A stretch of DNA of 64,000 bases from an uncultured virus (IMG/VR IMGVR_UViG_3300028840_007457) (lineage: Duplodnaviria > Heunggongvirae > Uroviricota > Caudoviricetes), in the IMG/VR virus record IMGVR_UViG_3300028840_007457; one strand, 5' to 3'. Made by a program: the position numbers and the translations under genes. The notes under the pieces are model-generated. The model was not told the DNA's origin. It saw only the letters and a program-made list of their open reading frames with translations, and did no database searches. This document shows positions 21,601 through 30,075 of the stretch, in pieces; position 1 is the stretch's first letter; the number at the start of each line of letters is the position of its first letter.

Positions 21601-24025
21601 CATAACTCATTCCAGCAAGGGGATGTAAATTCTGATTAATAGATTTAACCAAATCAGCAAACAAACCAGCTTGCTTCGCTTCAAACGTTGGTTCTACCTG
21701 AATAAGTTCAGCATAATTTCTAGCAGTGTCTGTTCTACCTGTTAGTTTCTTTTTGCCTTGATTTCTCTTTTTTCTCCATTCAACTTCTATACTACCAAGT
21801 TTACGGAGAAATTTTTCTTTCCCCATACTTTTAGCAGCTTTGGTGTTAAACAGTTCTTTTTTACTACTTTCAATTTCTTTTTTGATAGCGTCATAGAGAG
21901 CTTTAAGTTGAGGACGAAGTTTCTCTTCTAACTTTCCTCTAGTTGATTTCAGTTTTGGTATTATTGTATGTTTAAGATATCCAACTAATCCTCCAATATT
22001 TTTATTTCTCCATTTTTTTAATGCTGCTTCATTAGTTCTAGCTTCCGGACGTAAAACAGCAATAGTTGTTATAAACACATTTGTAGAAGAACTACAAACT
22101 TGAGCTATTTGTTTCATAACTGAAACATCAACTAAACCTGCTAAAGTAACACGATCTTTTTCTTTAGGAAATTTAACCTCAGTTCCTCTTTCAAGAGGAG
22201 CAGTTTGAAGATAATTAATGAGAGCGAATAATAGATTATCATCACTAGAAGACTTGCCTTCTGTACCTGGAAGTTTTATATTTATTGCTCCAATATCTTC
22301 AGCAGTTGTACTTGTTATACCTTGAGTAGAATACTTCAACCAACTAATATCGAAACTAGTATTAACTTTAACAGCTGCTTTATATTCATACTGACGAGTC
22401 TTTTTATTAAGGACAACAACCTTATCTTTAATTAATTGTGCCAGTTGTTTTTTAGTTACGTTTCCATAAAGTATTTTACCGCTTTTATCCTTTTTAACTA
22501 TTTTAATAGTAGTTGCTGATGCATTTTGTGGTGGTCCACCAGTAGCTGCTGCCGCCACAGCGTCTAAACGTGCTTGCTCAGCAATTCGTTTTTGGGCCAA
22601 AGTTTTCTTTACTTTTTCTTTGTAATTTAGTGTATCTTTTTCCAACCAAGCTTTTACCCCAGCTATTTTCTCCAAAACATCTGTATTTTTAATAAATTCA
22701 TTTTCCAGTGTTTTAAGTGTATCTATAGCTTTTTTCATATATCGTGGAACACCGCCTAAATCTTTAGTAAAGCATTTATTATAATCTTCACTTTTTCCTG
22801 TTTGATCTACTTTTAAACATTTTGCCTGTCCTATTTTAACTCTATAATCATAAAGCTCATCTAAGATAGACATGAAGCCTTGTTGAGTAGCAACAGCTCT
22901 AATACGGTTATCTTTAATAATAATAGTCCCCCCACCAGAAACACCTGTACTTTTATCTAGTAGTTTATCTGTTTCAGTCTTTTTTCTTTTTCTAACAGCG
23001 GTTGTAGATCCAGACCCAACCCCACCCAAAGGCAATCCAGTAGTACGAACCCGCATTTGTTCCATGAGACCTCTGTAGTCAAAGCAGTCAACACTGACTA
23101 CGCGATCCCCATCGATATAATTATCTTTCCAAATAGCGCTACGAACAAACCCAGTAAAAGCAGGAATCCATAAATCGTAATAAACATTTTTAGTTTTAAA
23201 CTTAACTCCTGTACCGCTAATATGACCCAACCTTCTGAAAACACGTATACAATCATGCTTAGCAATAATACAACTATAAGGATCTAAGCGGTAAAGCCAC
23301 ATTCCTGTTTCACTGTCTATTTCTGCACTTTTGCTTCCAGGATTAACACGCAGAAACTTTTTTCTGTAGATTAAATATTTGGCAAGTTCATCGTAACGAG
23401 GTTCGTTGTGAATGATAGGGTCTTTTTTCAAGTCAGATTTATCTATTCTCCATCCACTGGTATTTAAATTAGCACATATGTTAACAGGTGTTATAATAAA
23501 AGCGTCTTGGGTATTATTTAAATCAAAACTGCAACTATTGGTTCCCCCAGTTCCTTGAAGGCCCCAATTCATTGCACCTCTAACATAAGCAGTTATTTCT
23601 ACACCTTCGATAAATACCCTATAATCTGTTTCCCTTTGTGCATTAGCTTGTTCAACAAAATCTAAAGGGGTACGACAAATATATGAACCTACCTCACCAC
23701 TATTTGGAAGAGTAGATTCATTACGTTTTACTCTATTTTTAACAGAGCTACTAGGTTGGCAGTAAGTTCTTTTAGAAGGTAAGACTCTCCAATGTGTACT
23801 ATCAAAAGTTATGGTACCAGGACGACGGCTTCCAGCTTCTAAAATTACCTTTCTACGTCTTAAACTTTCTTTATATGCTTTTATACGGGCAGCTGCTAAT
23901 TCCCCTTGTGTTAATTTTGAAGCTTTAGAAATTGGAATATTTACATGAGTTTTATTACCAGCACCAGCACTTACCCCAGCCAGCTGAGCTGTTGAACCTC
24001 TAACATATGTAGAAGATTTTCCCAT
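18632..24025 (-). CDS. Baseplate hub / tail-associated lysin with C-terminal M23 peptidase
   Basis: Hub-like YRVFIEGVEI...CSFDLNN...FTGFV...VDCFD and WYVTPFGDIAFEFPHY; M23 motifs HAGID...GTPIKAP and VGSSGGYSDPHCHFE. Confidence 0.75.
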   Translation of the reverse strand: MGKSSTYVRGSTAQLAGVSAGAGNKTHVNIPISKASKLTQGELAAARIKAYKESLRRRKVILEAGSRRPGTITFDSTHWRVLPSKRTYCQPSSSVKNRVKRNESTLPNSGEVGSYICRTPLDFVEQANAQRETDYRVFIEGVEITAYVRGAMNWGLQGTGGTNSCSFDLNNTQDAFIITPVNICANLNTSGWRIDKSDLKKDPIIHNEPRYDELAKYLIYRKKFLRVNPGSKSAEIDSETGMWLYRLDPYSCIIAKHDCIRVFRRLGHISGTGVKFKTKNVYYDLWIPAFTGFVRSAIWKDNYIDGDRVVSVDCFDYRGLMEQMRVRTTGLPLGGVGSGSTTAVRKRKKTETDKLLDKSTGVSGGGTIIIKDNRIRAVATQQGFMSILDELYDYRVKIGQAKCLKVDQTGKSEDYNKCFTKDLGGVPRYMKKAIDTLKTLENEFIKNTDVLEKIAGVKAWLEKDTLNYKEKVKKTLAQKRIAEQARLDAVAAAATGGPPQNASATTIKIVKKDKSGKILYGNVTKKQLAQLIKDKVVVLNKKTRQYEYKAAVKVNTSFDISWLKYSTQGITSTTAEDIGAINIKLPGTEGKSSSDDNLLFALINYLQTAPLERGTEVKFPKEKDRVTLAGLVDVSVMKQIAQVCSSSTNVFITTIAVLRPEARTNEAALKKWRNKNIGGLVGYLKHTIIPKLKSTRGKLEEKLRPQLKALYDAIKKEIESSKKELFNTKAAKSMGKEKFLRKLGSIEVEWRKKRNQGKKKLTGRTDTARNYAELIQVEPTFEAKQAGLFADLVKSINQNLHPLAGMSYEESVTWLCCSQSQVVPGVLMEIDSYQKAQARGQLENWNRVMLFGTFGRPLSYDEVTAVGALSDSNLKSIYSPLVIFMHLMLPSSGTGARTIVQQEITKNTGNIPTFSFKSRKDLIDEISELLKYQWYVTPFGDIAFEFPHYNAMPAYWGKTFRGAYVLEKEITGMSVNEDGGNVPSAWVITGMEEDPAKRVAGSEATENLLYKIAIVAPILVRRHGVKVEHVNIAIPGVGAQVDNHGASGATSLIAWGLLHIQQQLGESYQITVDPFPERPYLLPNRPMWIIPRHKLCLLKTVNYTFDSPNGPATVSVESGFSRWLFRDGTFRTVGGGKDPVINYAGIFTGEINYRTKEGVSTGATTYKKGRQFTNAACAPALGQKHQLASAFYGDQISQTTQGWRYAPAGTVGTTTKDASGNVQTNETVLPPNATSPTNPSLGHKASKQGLNPGEKKASTVNAARSGLRIQDRKASKELEVYNISKLFYDPYPYGESYLKRSDRYATRGMGAGSIGGRFNTWGILRKQLSGGAGSYVSGFKNKKKRRGNIEVPWHAGIDIMVPRGTPIKAPVNLRAMQVWFSLGGSGGNRSKVLGRRLWKRITIEVTKNEYGIEIDRKRHENIVAGDDFMFFVRRNVNGKPIEYAVKEGETSVLVYVDYYKEMYRKYLAMKEDGVKVNNLNVRATARHNARNGLLLTAMGRVQIPNSKGTKYDGQSVKASFNFVHNEAIAKKNNLMFGINLQKAQADPDDPEKSDTIAYVGSSGGYSDPHCHFELYIYPGDKSIEKDIFEEVRKANNEYLTTQLQLKFSGGSSKSNALSPHWKRYFSARKSYKGIKTVDDAINYWVRHSRILTSLINPPKGRRIATNPLFFFKPEQIVPYAARYAKSVETEATRLKNEGKLYSSQAHYERSGKLTSGAICQEATDADSKRLKTKYTQCVLKAKKETGVSNYRTLSKKLRTCAETLKKENKTLAKKLKRMKEQRAENESYKLLEKLNMA

Positions 24026-24036
24026 ATTAACTCCTG

Positions 24037-24564
24037 TTACTGCTTCTTACCACGCAGTTTCTCTTTTGCTTGATGTATTAGATACTCTTCATCTGTTCCA
24101 AAGAAATTAGTTTTACCAGTACCTCTACCTAATACACTTACTTTAGAACCACCACCAAACAAAGCTTTAATTCTAGTGGTCATAATTTCATCTAGGTAAC
24201 CACCCAATTTAAATGCTTCTGTAAAATCTTTCAATGCTCTTAGTTCTAACAATTTACGATGAATTTCTTGGAAAAATCCCCGCTGAAACTCATCTGGAAC
24301 TTCTTGACCTTCATCATCGTTATCAACGAAACGGCTAATCAAATCGGCTTCAAATTTAGCAGCTGCTAAAGCTGAATCATCAGCGTCTTTGTAAATCTTG
24401 TCAATAATACCATAGAATTCTTCCGCATTATCGTTAAGAATTAAAGAAGGTAACGTAACTGGTTTATCAACAAGGTCTTCTTTTTTAACTTTTGGTTTCT
24501 TGCTTTTCTTTTTACGCTTTTTCTTAGTCTTCTTGGGATTCAGAAAGTCGGTCATTTTCCCCAC
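24037..24564 (-). CDS. Hypothetical protein with Lys-rich N-terminus
   Basis: 175-aa ORF, co-oriented with module. Confidence 0.55.
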   Translation of the reverse strand: MGKMTDFLNPKKTKKKRKKKSKKPKVKKEDLVDKPVTLPSLILNDNAEEFYGIIDKIYKDADDSALAAAKFEADLISRFVDNDDEGQEVPDEFQRGFFQEIHRKLLELRALKDFTEAFKLGGYLDEIMTTRIKALFGGGSKVSVLGRGTGKTNFFGTDEEYLIHQAKEKLRGKKQ

Positions 24565-24859
24565 TCACTCTTTGAATTTCGCCAGTTGCAAAGTTTAGCT
24601 TATCATCTCCTGCCATACCATACTTTTGTCTAATCTCTACGTAGTAGGAATTTAATTCGTGAGTGACTTTTTCAACCTCAGCAGTTGCTTCTTTTTTCTT
24701 GTATCGTGCCAGTTCTAGTTCTGCTTGACATCTAGATTCTGTATCAACTATAGAATCGACTTTCTGTTTTGCTAACCCTAAGTAGCTTGTTAAAAGCTGA
24801 AGCTTGACAATGTCCAATTCGTCCACTTGATTTTTGGTATTGTGTTTTTCTTCTGTCAT
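24524..24859 (-). CDS. Coiled-coil protein, possible tail fibre chaperone
   Basis: Directly downstream of the fibre gene; KYGMAGDDKLNFATGEI motif. Confidence 0.55.
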   Translation of the reverse strand: MTEEKHNTKNQVDELDIVKLQLLTSYLGLAKQKVDSIVDTESRCQAELELARYKKKEATAEVEKVTHELNSYYVEIRQKYGMAGDDKLNFATGEIQRVSGENDRLSESQED

Positions 24860-24878
24860 GGACTTTCCTTTTTCTTAC

Positions 24879-26399
24879 CTACCTGTTAAGAATTAACATT
24901 TTAATAGTTCCTTCTACTTCTTCCAATCTCTCTAAGGCTTTTCCAATTATGGTTCCTTCTTCAAAAATAGGAGAACCATGTTCTGTAACAGCTTTATAGT
25001 GAACACAAGCTTTTCCTTTATAAGGACTACTCACCAATAAATCTCCAGGTTCGACTGCTGGATTGCCTGGAATAATTACACATTTAACCGGTACTGTTCC
25101 ACACATCGCAATTGCTACTTTGGTCTTCTTAGAGTCTCCTTCTTTTTCATTCATAATCATGGCGGGTTTTGTACTCACTACTCCTACCACAGAGGGATCT
25201 GCTCCCTGTGTAGTAGGCTCCACTTTACCATGTGCGTTAATTTTCACCACTGTACCAGGTTCAAAATCTTCTTTGTTATCTTCAATTTCAAAATACTCAG
25301 CAATATCAGCTTGTGCGTGATTTATTGCCCGAGTGTAGTAAGCACTTCCGTCACAACGTACAGAGAAAAACACTTCTTTATTTATACCAGCATACGCACT
25401 TACACTAAACAAACGAGATTTATCATTACCAATACTATCAACATCAATACTACTGTGAAAATTGACTAGGTGAGTATAATCCAAGAGGTTAGTATTGGTA
25501 ATTCTATTCCAAACATAAAATCCAGCTCGTCTTTCTTTTACATTTGGACTTACTACCATACAGGTTGCTTCTGTAGTGTAGTTTGGATCTCCACTGTAAC
25601 CAATCGTAAGATCCCGAGGATCTAAATTTTGAGTACCAGGTTCTCCCCCCAAACAAAAACTTAAACATTTAGTAGGTGGGATTAAACTGTCTTCATAAGA
25701 CCCATTAAAGAAAACTGTTTTCTCTTCTCCGGTGTCTGCAGCTTTAAATTGATAATTTTTATAGTTATCATCATAATTAAATACTAAATCGTCAGAAGTA
25801 GAACTATAAGTAGTACCAGCACTTAACTTAATTTCATTACCAGCACTAATACGAATATCTTTACCCACACCAGTTCCAAAAGCTATGTCTCCTAAAGATA
25901 AAAGGGCGGTTACAGCCGAACTACAACTTAAAAAACCGTAAGCTTGAGCTGTACCACCTACTTCCCCCGCTCCTAAAATTAAACTAGCTGGAACATCATC
26001 ACCCACACCCACCAAACCTAAATTAGGCCCAATTCTACAGTAAACAGGACCGGCTGGGTCACTCTGACTTCCAACACTAAATAATTCGTGAGTAGCATCA
26101 GTTACAGGAACTGTCTGCTGTCCCTTGTTAACTCGAAAATAATTGGTGTAAGGACTGGTAGGATTATTATTATCAGAATCAATGAAGAATTCCATGTCTC
26201 CTGTGCTAACAAATGTTCCACCCCCACTAACTCCACCATAACTCAAACTAGTAGCTAAAGCATTTCTTTCTGCCTCAGTGCTGTTTACTGCAACAGCTTT
26301 CAACAGTTCAATAGAACCATCGTCGCTGATGTAACTACCAGCTCGCAGGCACCGAATAATGGTGTCTACTAAAGCTTCGTGAACAAGCATATTTTTCAT
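24879..26399 (-). CDS. Tail fibre/spike with C-terminal intramolecular-chaperone (peptidase G2-like) domain
   Basis: ADIAEYF...EPGTVV...VVGVVSTKPAMIMN...AMCGTVPVK...PGDLLVSS...IIGKALE. Confidence 0.75.
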   Translation of the reverse strand: MKNMLVHEALVDTIIRCLRAGSYISDDGSIELLKAVAVNSTEAERNALATSLSYGGVSGGGTFVSTGDMEFFIDSDNNNPTSPYTNYFRVNKGQQTVPVTDATHELFSVGSQSDPAGPVYCRIGPNLGLVGVGDDVPASLILGAGEVGGTAQAYGFLSCSSAVTALLSLGDIAFGTGVGKDIRISAGNEIKLSAGTTYSSTSDDLVFNYDDNYKNYQFKAADTGEEKTVFFNGSYEDSLIPPTKCLSFCLGGEPGTQNLDPRDLTIGYSGDPNYTTEATCMVVSPNVKERRAGFYVWNRITNTNLLDYTHLVNFHSSIDVDSIGNDKSRLFSVSAYAGINKEVFFSVRCDGSAYYTRAINHAQADIAEYFEIEDNKEDFEPGTVVKINAHGKVEPTTQGADPSVVGVVSTKPAMIMNEKEGDSKKTKVAIAMCGTVPVKCVIIPGNPAVEPGDLLVSSPYKGKACVHYKAVTEHGSPIFEEGTIIGKALERLEEVEGTIKMLILNR

Positions 26400-26420
26400 G
26401 GGCTCTTTCCTTAAAAAGAC

Positions 26421-26449
26421 ATAAAAGGGGTGTAGTTCTCACACCCCTT
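26421..26449 (-). terminator. Rho-independent terminator
   Basis: Minus strand AAGGGGTGT-gagaact-ACACCCCTT followed by TTATGTCTTTT, just after the stop of 26478..27062. Confidence 0.7.
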
Positions 26450-26477
26450 AGAAAGTAACTTGGTCAGAAAACGGAAC

Positions 26478-27062
26478 CTAGGGGCTAATTTTATTGGACC
26501 ACCGAGCATTGTCGTCCAATTTAATTTGCTGTTTGAGACTGTCCTTACTATCTCCTAGATGACCATGAACAATTTGACACAGCTTATCTAAACCATCCCA
26601 ATCTGCTCGACGGCGAGAGAGTAAAGGACAAACCAAAGCAATACGGTCTTTACTGGCTTGCTTAGTCATACTACTGGTAATAAAATCATGACGAAGTAAA
26701 ATACTACGAACAATGGTTTCTACCCTACTTAAGGCTTGGAGTACCTTAGCTACACTAAACTGGACAGCAGCTACTCTATGTTGGTAGCTATCCAATTGTT
26801 GAAGTGCTTCTTGAGCGGCTTTTACGTCCTTACGCCGAGAAGCACTAATATGCTTAGGAATGACAGGAGGACTAGCAAGATAAGCTTCTAGCTCACTGTA
26901 AAGATTATCGTCAATATCTAACGTGGTACTTTTTAGTTCTCTATTTACCTTTTTGATGGTACCGTTGTGCTTTTTTAGCTCTTTGGCTCGAACAACAGGA
27001 CTGTTAGCTCTAGGCATGTTCTTACTCACCATTCCTGTGGAAAATGGACGCACCTCAAGCAC
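26478..27062 (-). CDS. Hypothetical helical protein
   Basis: 194-aa amphipathic helical ORF between structured RNA and terminator; start uncertain. Confidence 0.6.
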   Translation of the reverse strand: MLEVRPFSTGMVSKNMPRANSPVVRAKELKKHNGTIKKVNRELKSTTLDIDDNLYSELEAYLASPPVIPKHISASRRKDVKAAQEALQQLDSYQHRVAAVQFSVAKVLQALSRVETIVRSILLRHDFITSSMTKQASKDRIALVCPLLSRRRADWDGLDKLCQIVHGHLGDSKDSLKQQIKLDDNARWSNKISP

Positions 27063-27490
27063 CCAGATAAATCGTCAACTACCACTATTTAACAAAGTTC
27101 GCCGCGAGAAAGCGGCATTGGAGTATCTACTACCTCAGTGTGCCTTTGGCCCGTCTGAAGGGGGCCAAATGCACCCAAGATACTAAATACCGAAAAACTG
27201 ACAACGTTTAGAAGCAGCGACAAATTTTTAAGTGTCAAGTAGCAAGCGTAAAATACCAACTCGTAACTGTTGTCGAGAGTCAGTCATCTAAATTGATATT
27301 ACGAGAGATGCTAACAGCTGGATTGGGGTTGCAATACTTTTCCAAAGCCTCCCTACGTCATTGACGTCAGTGGCGCTAAATTAAGCTAGTTCTACGTTCA
27401 ATCGGTAGAACCTTAACCAAATGACGTCAATCTTATCTAGAGATTCTAGACGTGAAGACTGTCAACAACAATATTGTTCGTCAACAATCG
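27063..27490 (-). ncRNA. Candidate large structured ncRNA or structured 5' leader (~430 nt)
   Basis: No minus-strand ORF >=60 aa; many nested stems with G-U pairs only on the minus strand; promoter directly upstream. Confidence 0.55.
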
Positions 27491-27496
27491 TTGATT

Positions 27497-27525
27497 ATTC
27501 TACTCCTGTACGAGATTTTTGTCAA
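27497..27525 (-). promoter_or_regulatory. sigma70-type promoter
   Basis: Minus strand TTGACA-17 nt-TAGAAT. Confidence 0.75.
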
Positions 27526-27691
27526 AGAAAAAGTGAAGCGGTGGGAATTTAAATTTCACGGCAGGAACGGAAAATTTCAGGAAGAGGGAGGAAGGAGGGA
27601 AGCATTTTCCGGGAGAAAAAGTAGGAATTAAAAGACAAAAATAAGGTGCAATGCACAACTCCCCTTTCCAAATATCAGAAATTGGTTTTTC

Positions 27692-28984
27692 TTAGACAGT
27701 TTGAGTTTTAATTTTTTGGTGATTTAGGTTTTGAAAAGGCGGTCCACGAGGGTAGTAAACCTTCCAGCTTGATTTTCCAAATTTGACTTCTTGAGAAACA
27801 AGGATGACTTCAATATTTTTGGGGAGTACTCTAACTCTTTTGAGGAACAACCTTTTTAGAAATGTAAGCACTAAGCAGGTTGCATATAGAACAATAAGAC
27901 GAACTTTTATAAACCAGTTGTTGAGGTAAACCAAGTCATTTTTAGCGGTAGTTTCGTTAATGGACCATGTGGGATCCCAACTCAAAATTCCAGTTTGGAG
28001 CCAACGCAGCCGGTTGTAGTAACGGTTGGAAATGGTGAGTGGGTTAAAAGAAGCAGTTTTTAAAGATTTTTTGAGCTTGGTGTAACGGTACGCCTTAGGA
28101 TTAAGAAATAGTAGATCCTCTTGACGGTAATTAAATGTATGAGCAATTCTAGGAGGGGTAAAGGTACTTTCAAAATGTCGGTACCTATTTTTATCTTTGG
28201 TGCCGTGTTCACTAATTGCTTGCACTAAAGAAGGGGCTAAAGAAGATAGTTTTTCAACTGCTGTGTGAGGAATATCGATGTAGGTACTCTTACTTATGAA
28301 AGCAGCGTTTCGTCTTCTTCCGTCTGTGTCAATTAAGACTCGTTTAATTCGGAAATGATAAACCTTTTTATTGCAAGAAAATTGTTTTCTTCCGGTAGGA
28401 GCTGGTTTTTCATATTCTTTACTCCAGGGTGTAATAAAATCTCCCTCAACATTTTTGTCATAAATGTAGCTGCAACGTACTTCTAAAATTTCAAGAGCTT
28501 TATCTGCTTCTCTATCTGCTTTAGTCGGATCGTAAATTCCTATGGTACTTATTTCTGTTTGGCATAGTTTTTTAACTTCGTTGGCTTCTAAGGTGTAAGG
28601 TTTTTTACCCAGGGAGGAATTTAGACCAGCAGAAAAAGCAACCAGGTGCCTTAAAGTTCTCAGAAAAGCTTCTAAGTGACTTTTCTCAGAAATGTCATAG
28701 AAGAACGGTTTTGTAGATTGTTGCAGTTTGTAGGGTTTTTTACCATTACTTGTCATTCCACAAGGTCTACGGTTGGCTTTCGAAAAAGCCAATAGTGGAA
28801 TACCTTCAGAGTCACTAAAATACAGCTGCAGCTCTTCAGGCTTCCGGCCCCACCAATCTCCAGTGAGCCAGGATGAACAGAAAGAAGATTTTCTAAAACC
28901 AGGAGGAAGGGTAAAAGAAGGGCTCTTTTCTTGAAATTGACGGTCCAATTTTCGACTTGGCAATTGCAAGCGACGTAGCCCCAC
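27692..28984 (-). CDS. Hypothetical basic protein, 430 aa
   Basis: Long ORF; hydrophobic segment and RGPP near C-terminus; no family recognised. Confidence 0.55.
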   Translation of the reverse strand: MGLRRLQLPSRKLDRQFQEKSPSFTLPPGFRKSSFCSSWLTGDWWGRKPEELQLYFSDSEGIPLLAFSKANRRPCGMTSNGKKPYKLQQSTKPFFYDISEKSHLEAFLRTLRHLVAFSAGLNSSLGKKPYTLEANEVKKLCQTEISTIGIYDPTKADREADKALEILEVRCSYIYDKNVEGDFITPWSKEYEKPAPTGRKQFSCNKKVYHFRIKRVLIDTDGRRRNAAFISKSTYIDIPHTAVEKLSSLAPSLVQAISEHGTKDKNRYRHFESTFTPPRIAHTFNYRQEDLLFLNPKAYRYTKLKKSLKTASFNPLTISNRYYNRLRWLQTGILSWDPTWSINETTAKNDLVYLNNWFIKVRLIVLYATCLVLTFLKRLFLKRVRVLPKNIEVILVSQEVKFGKSSWKVYYPRGPPFQNLNHQKIKTQTV

Positions 28985-29068
28985 GAAGATTTGGTTGGCA
29001 GTCAGATGAGAGAAGCTGTGGAGCGACCCTCACGTCAGAGAGTAACTTAGTACTGCTGGATCTTAATT

Positions 29069-29992
29069 TTAGTCATCATCGGAAGATGAATCGTAGTCAT
29101 CAGAGGATGAGTCATATTCATCATAGTCTTCCAGAGCTTCCACTACTGTGGGATGCTCAAGGTCCAGCTCACAAGTTGTCACAGGCTTTCCATCAGGGTT
29201 TTTGTTCGGCTGCTGACCCATGATGAGGATGCCATCCTCCTTGGCCCGATGGAAAATCTGTTGGCACGTCTTGACGTTTTCGATTCCCAGCTTGCTAGGC
29301 ATCAGGCGTTCGATAAGGAGCTGAACACCTACGAACTCCAAATAGTTCATGTTGTTCTTGATTAAGCGAATGAAATCGGTCAAGTCGTAGTTTTCTACGT
29401 CAACATTATCCGACATGTTGGAAATGTCGCTTAGAGTAAACGTGTAGTGGCAATAATCCCGGATATAGTTTACCCGGGCTCCCTTTGGCACCACCAAAAT
29501 AACCGTCTTACCCCGAGACACCAAGAACTTCGCAACATCAGCATAAGTAGAATCAGCTGTAACGAAAACGTAAACATCGGTGGGGCAATCCAGCATAGAG
29601 CGCATGACTTCGGTAGTCACCAACACTCCAGAATTACTCATGTGCAAAGGACGTTGAGGGTGAATCCCTTTTCGTTGCCAGATTTTGGTAATGTAATCTT
29701 TGGTGTCATTAATGGCAACAAAGATAGTACAAAGACGACCAATCCGATTTCCGAATTCGATCAAACCGTGAGACAAGTCTCCGTGCCCCAAGTGACGACT
29801 CAGTTCATCTTCTCCTAGTACTTCTTTCAAATTCTGCATGTCTACATAAATAGACACGGCAGGATTTTGTGTAATGTCGTCAGCGAACTCCACAAAATCA
29901 ATGTCTTCTACCGAATTAACGTGCTTTTTCTTTGTTCCAGAGAGCATAGTCAACTCCTTCTGTCCACGAAATGGGAATTGCTCTTTTTGCAA
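29069..29992 (-). CDS. NYN (LabA/DUF88, PIN-like) domain protein with C-terminal HTH-like extension
   Basis: VSIYVDMQNL ... FVTADSTYADVAKFLVSRGKTVILV ... CHYTF. Confidence 0.75.
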   Translation of the reverse strand: MQKEQFPFRGQKELTMLSGTKKKHVNSVEDIDFVEFADDITQNPAVSIYVDMQNLKEVLGEDELSRHLGHGDLSHGLIEFGNRIGRLCTIFVAINDTKDYITKIWQRKGIHPQRPLHMSNSGVLVTTEVMRSMLDCPTDVYVFVTADSTYADVAKFLVSRGKTVILVVPKGARVNYIRDYCHYTFTLSDISNMSDNVDVENYDLTDFIRLIKNNMNYLEFVGVQLLIERLMPSKLGIENVKTCQQIFHRAKEDGILIMGQQPNKNPDGKPVTTCELDLEHPTVVEALEDYDEYDSSSDDYDSSSDDD

Positions 29993-30075
29993 TTCCAGTT
30001 TTACGATCCAAATATAATGGTCTTAATGGTAATCCACTTCGCTCACAAACAATAGCCTCAGGAGGAAGAGGATCA

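Noticed and set aside
27063..27490. tmRNA, RNase P RNA or tRNA
   Set aside because: No tRNA-like ends, no tag frame ending in AA-stop, no GAGGAAAGUCC motif.
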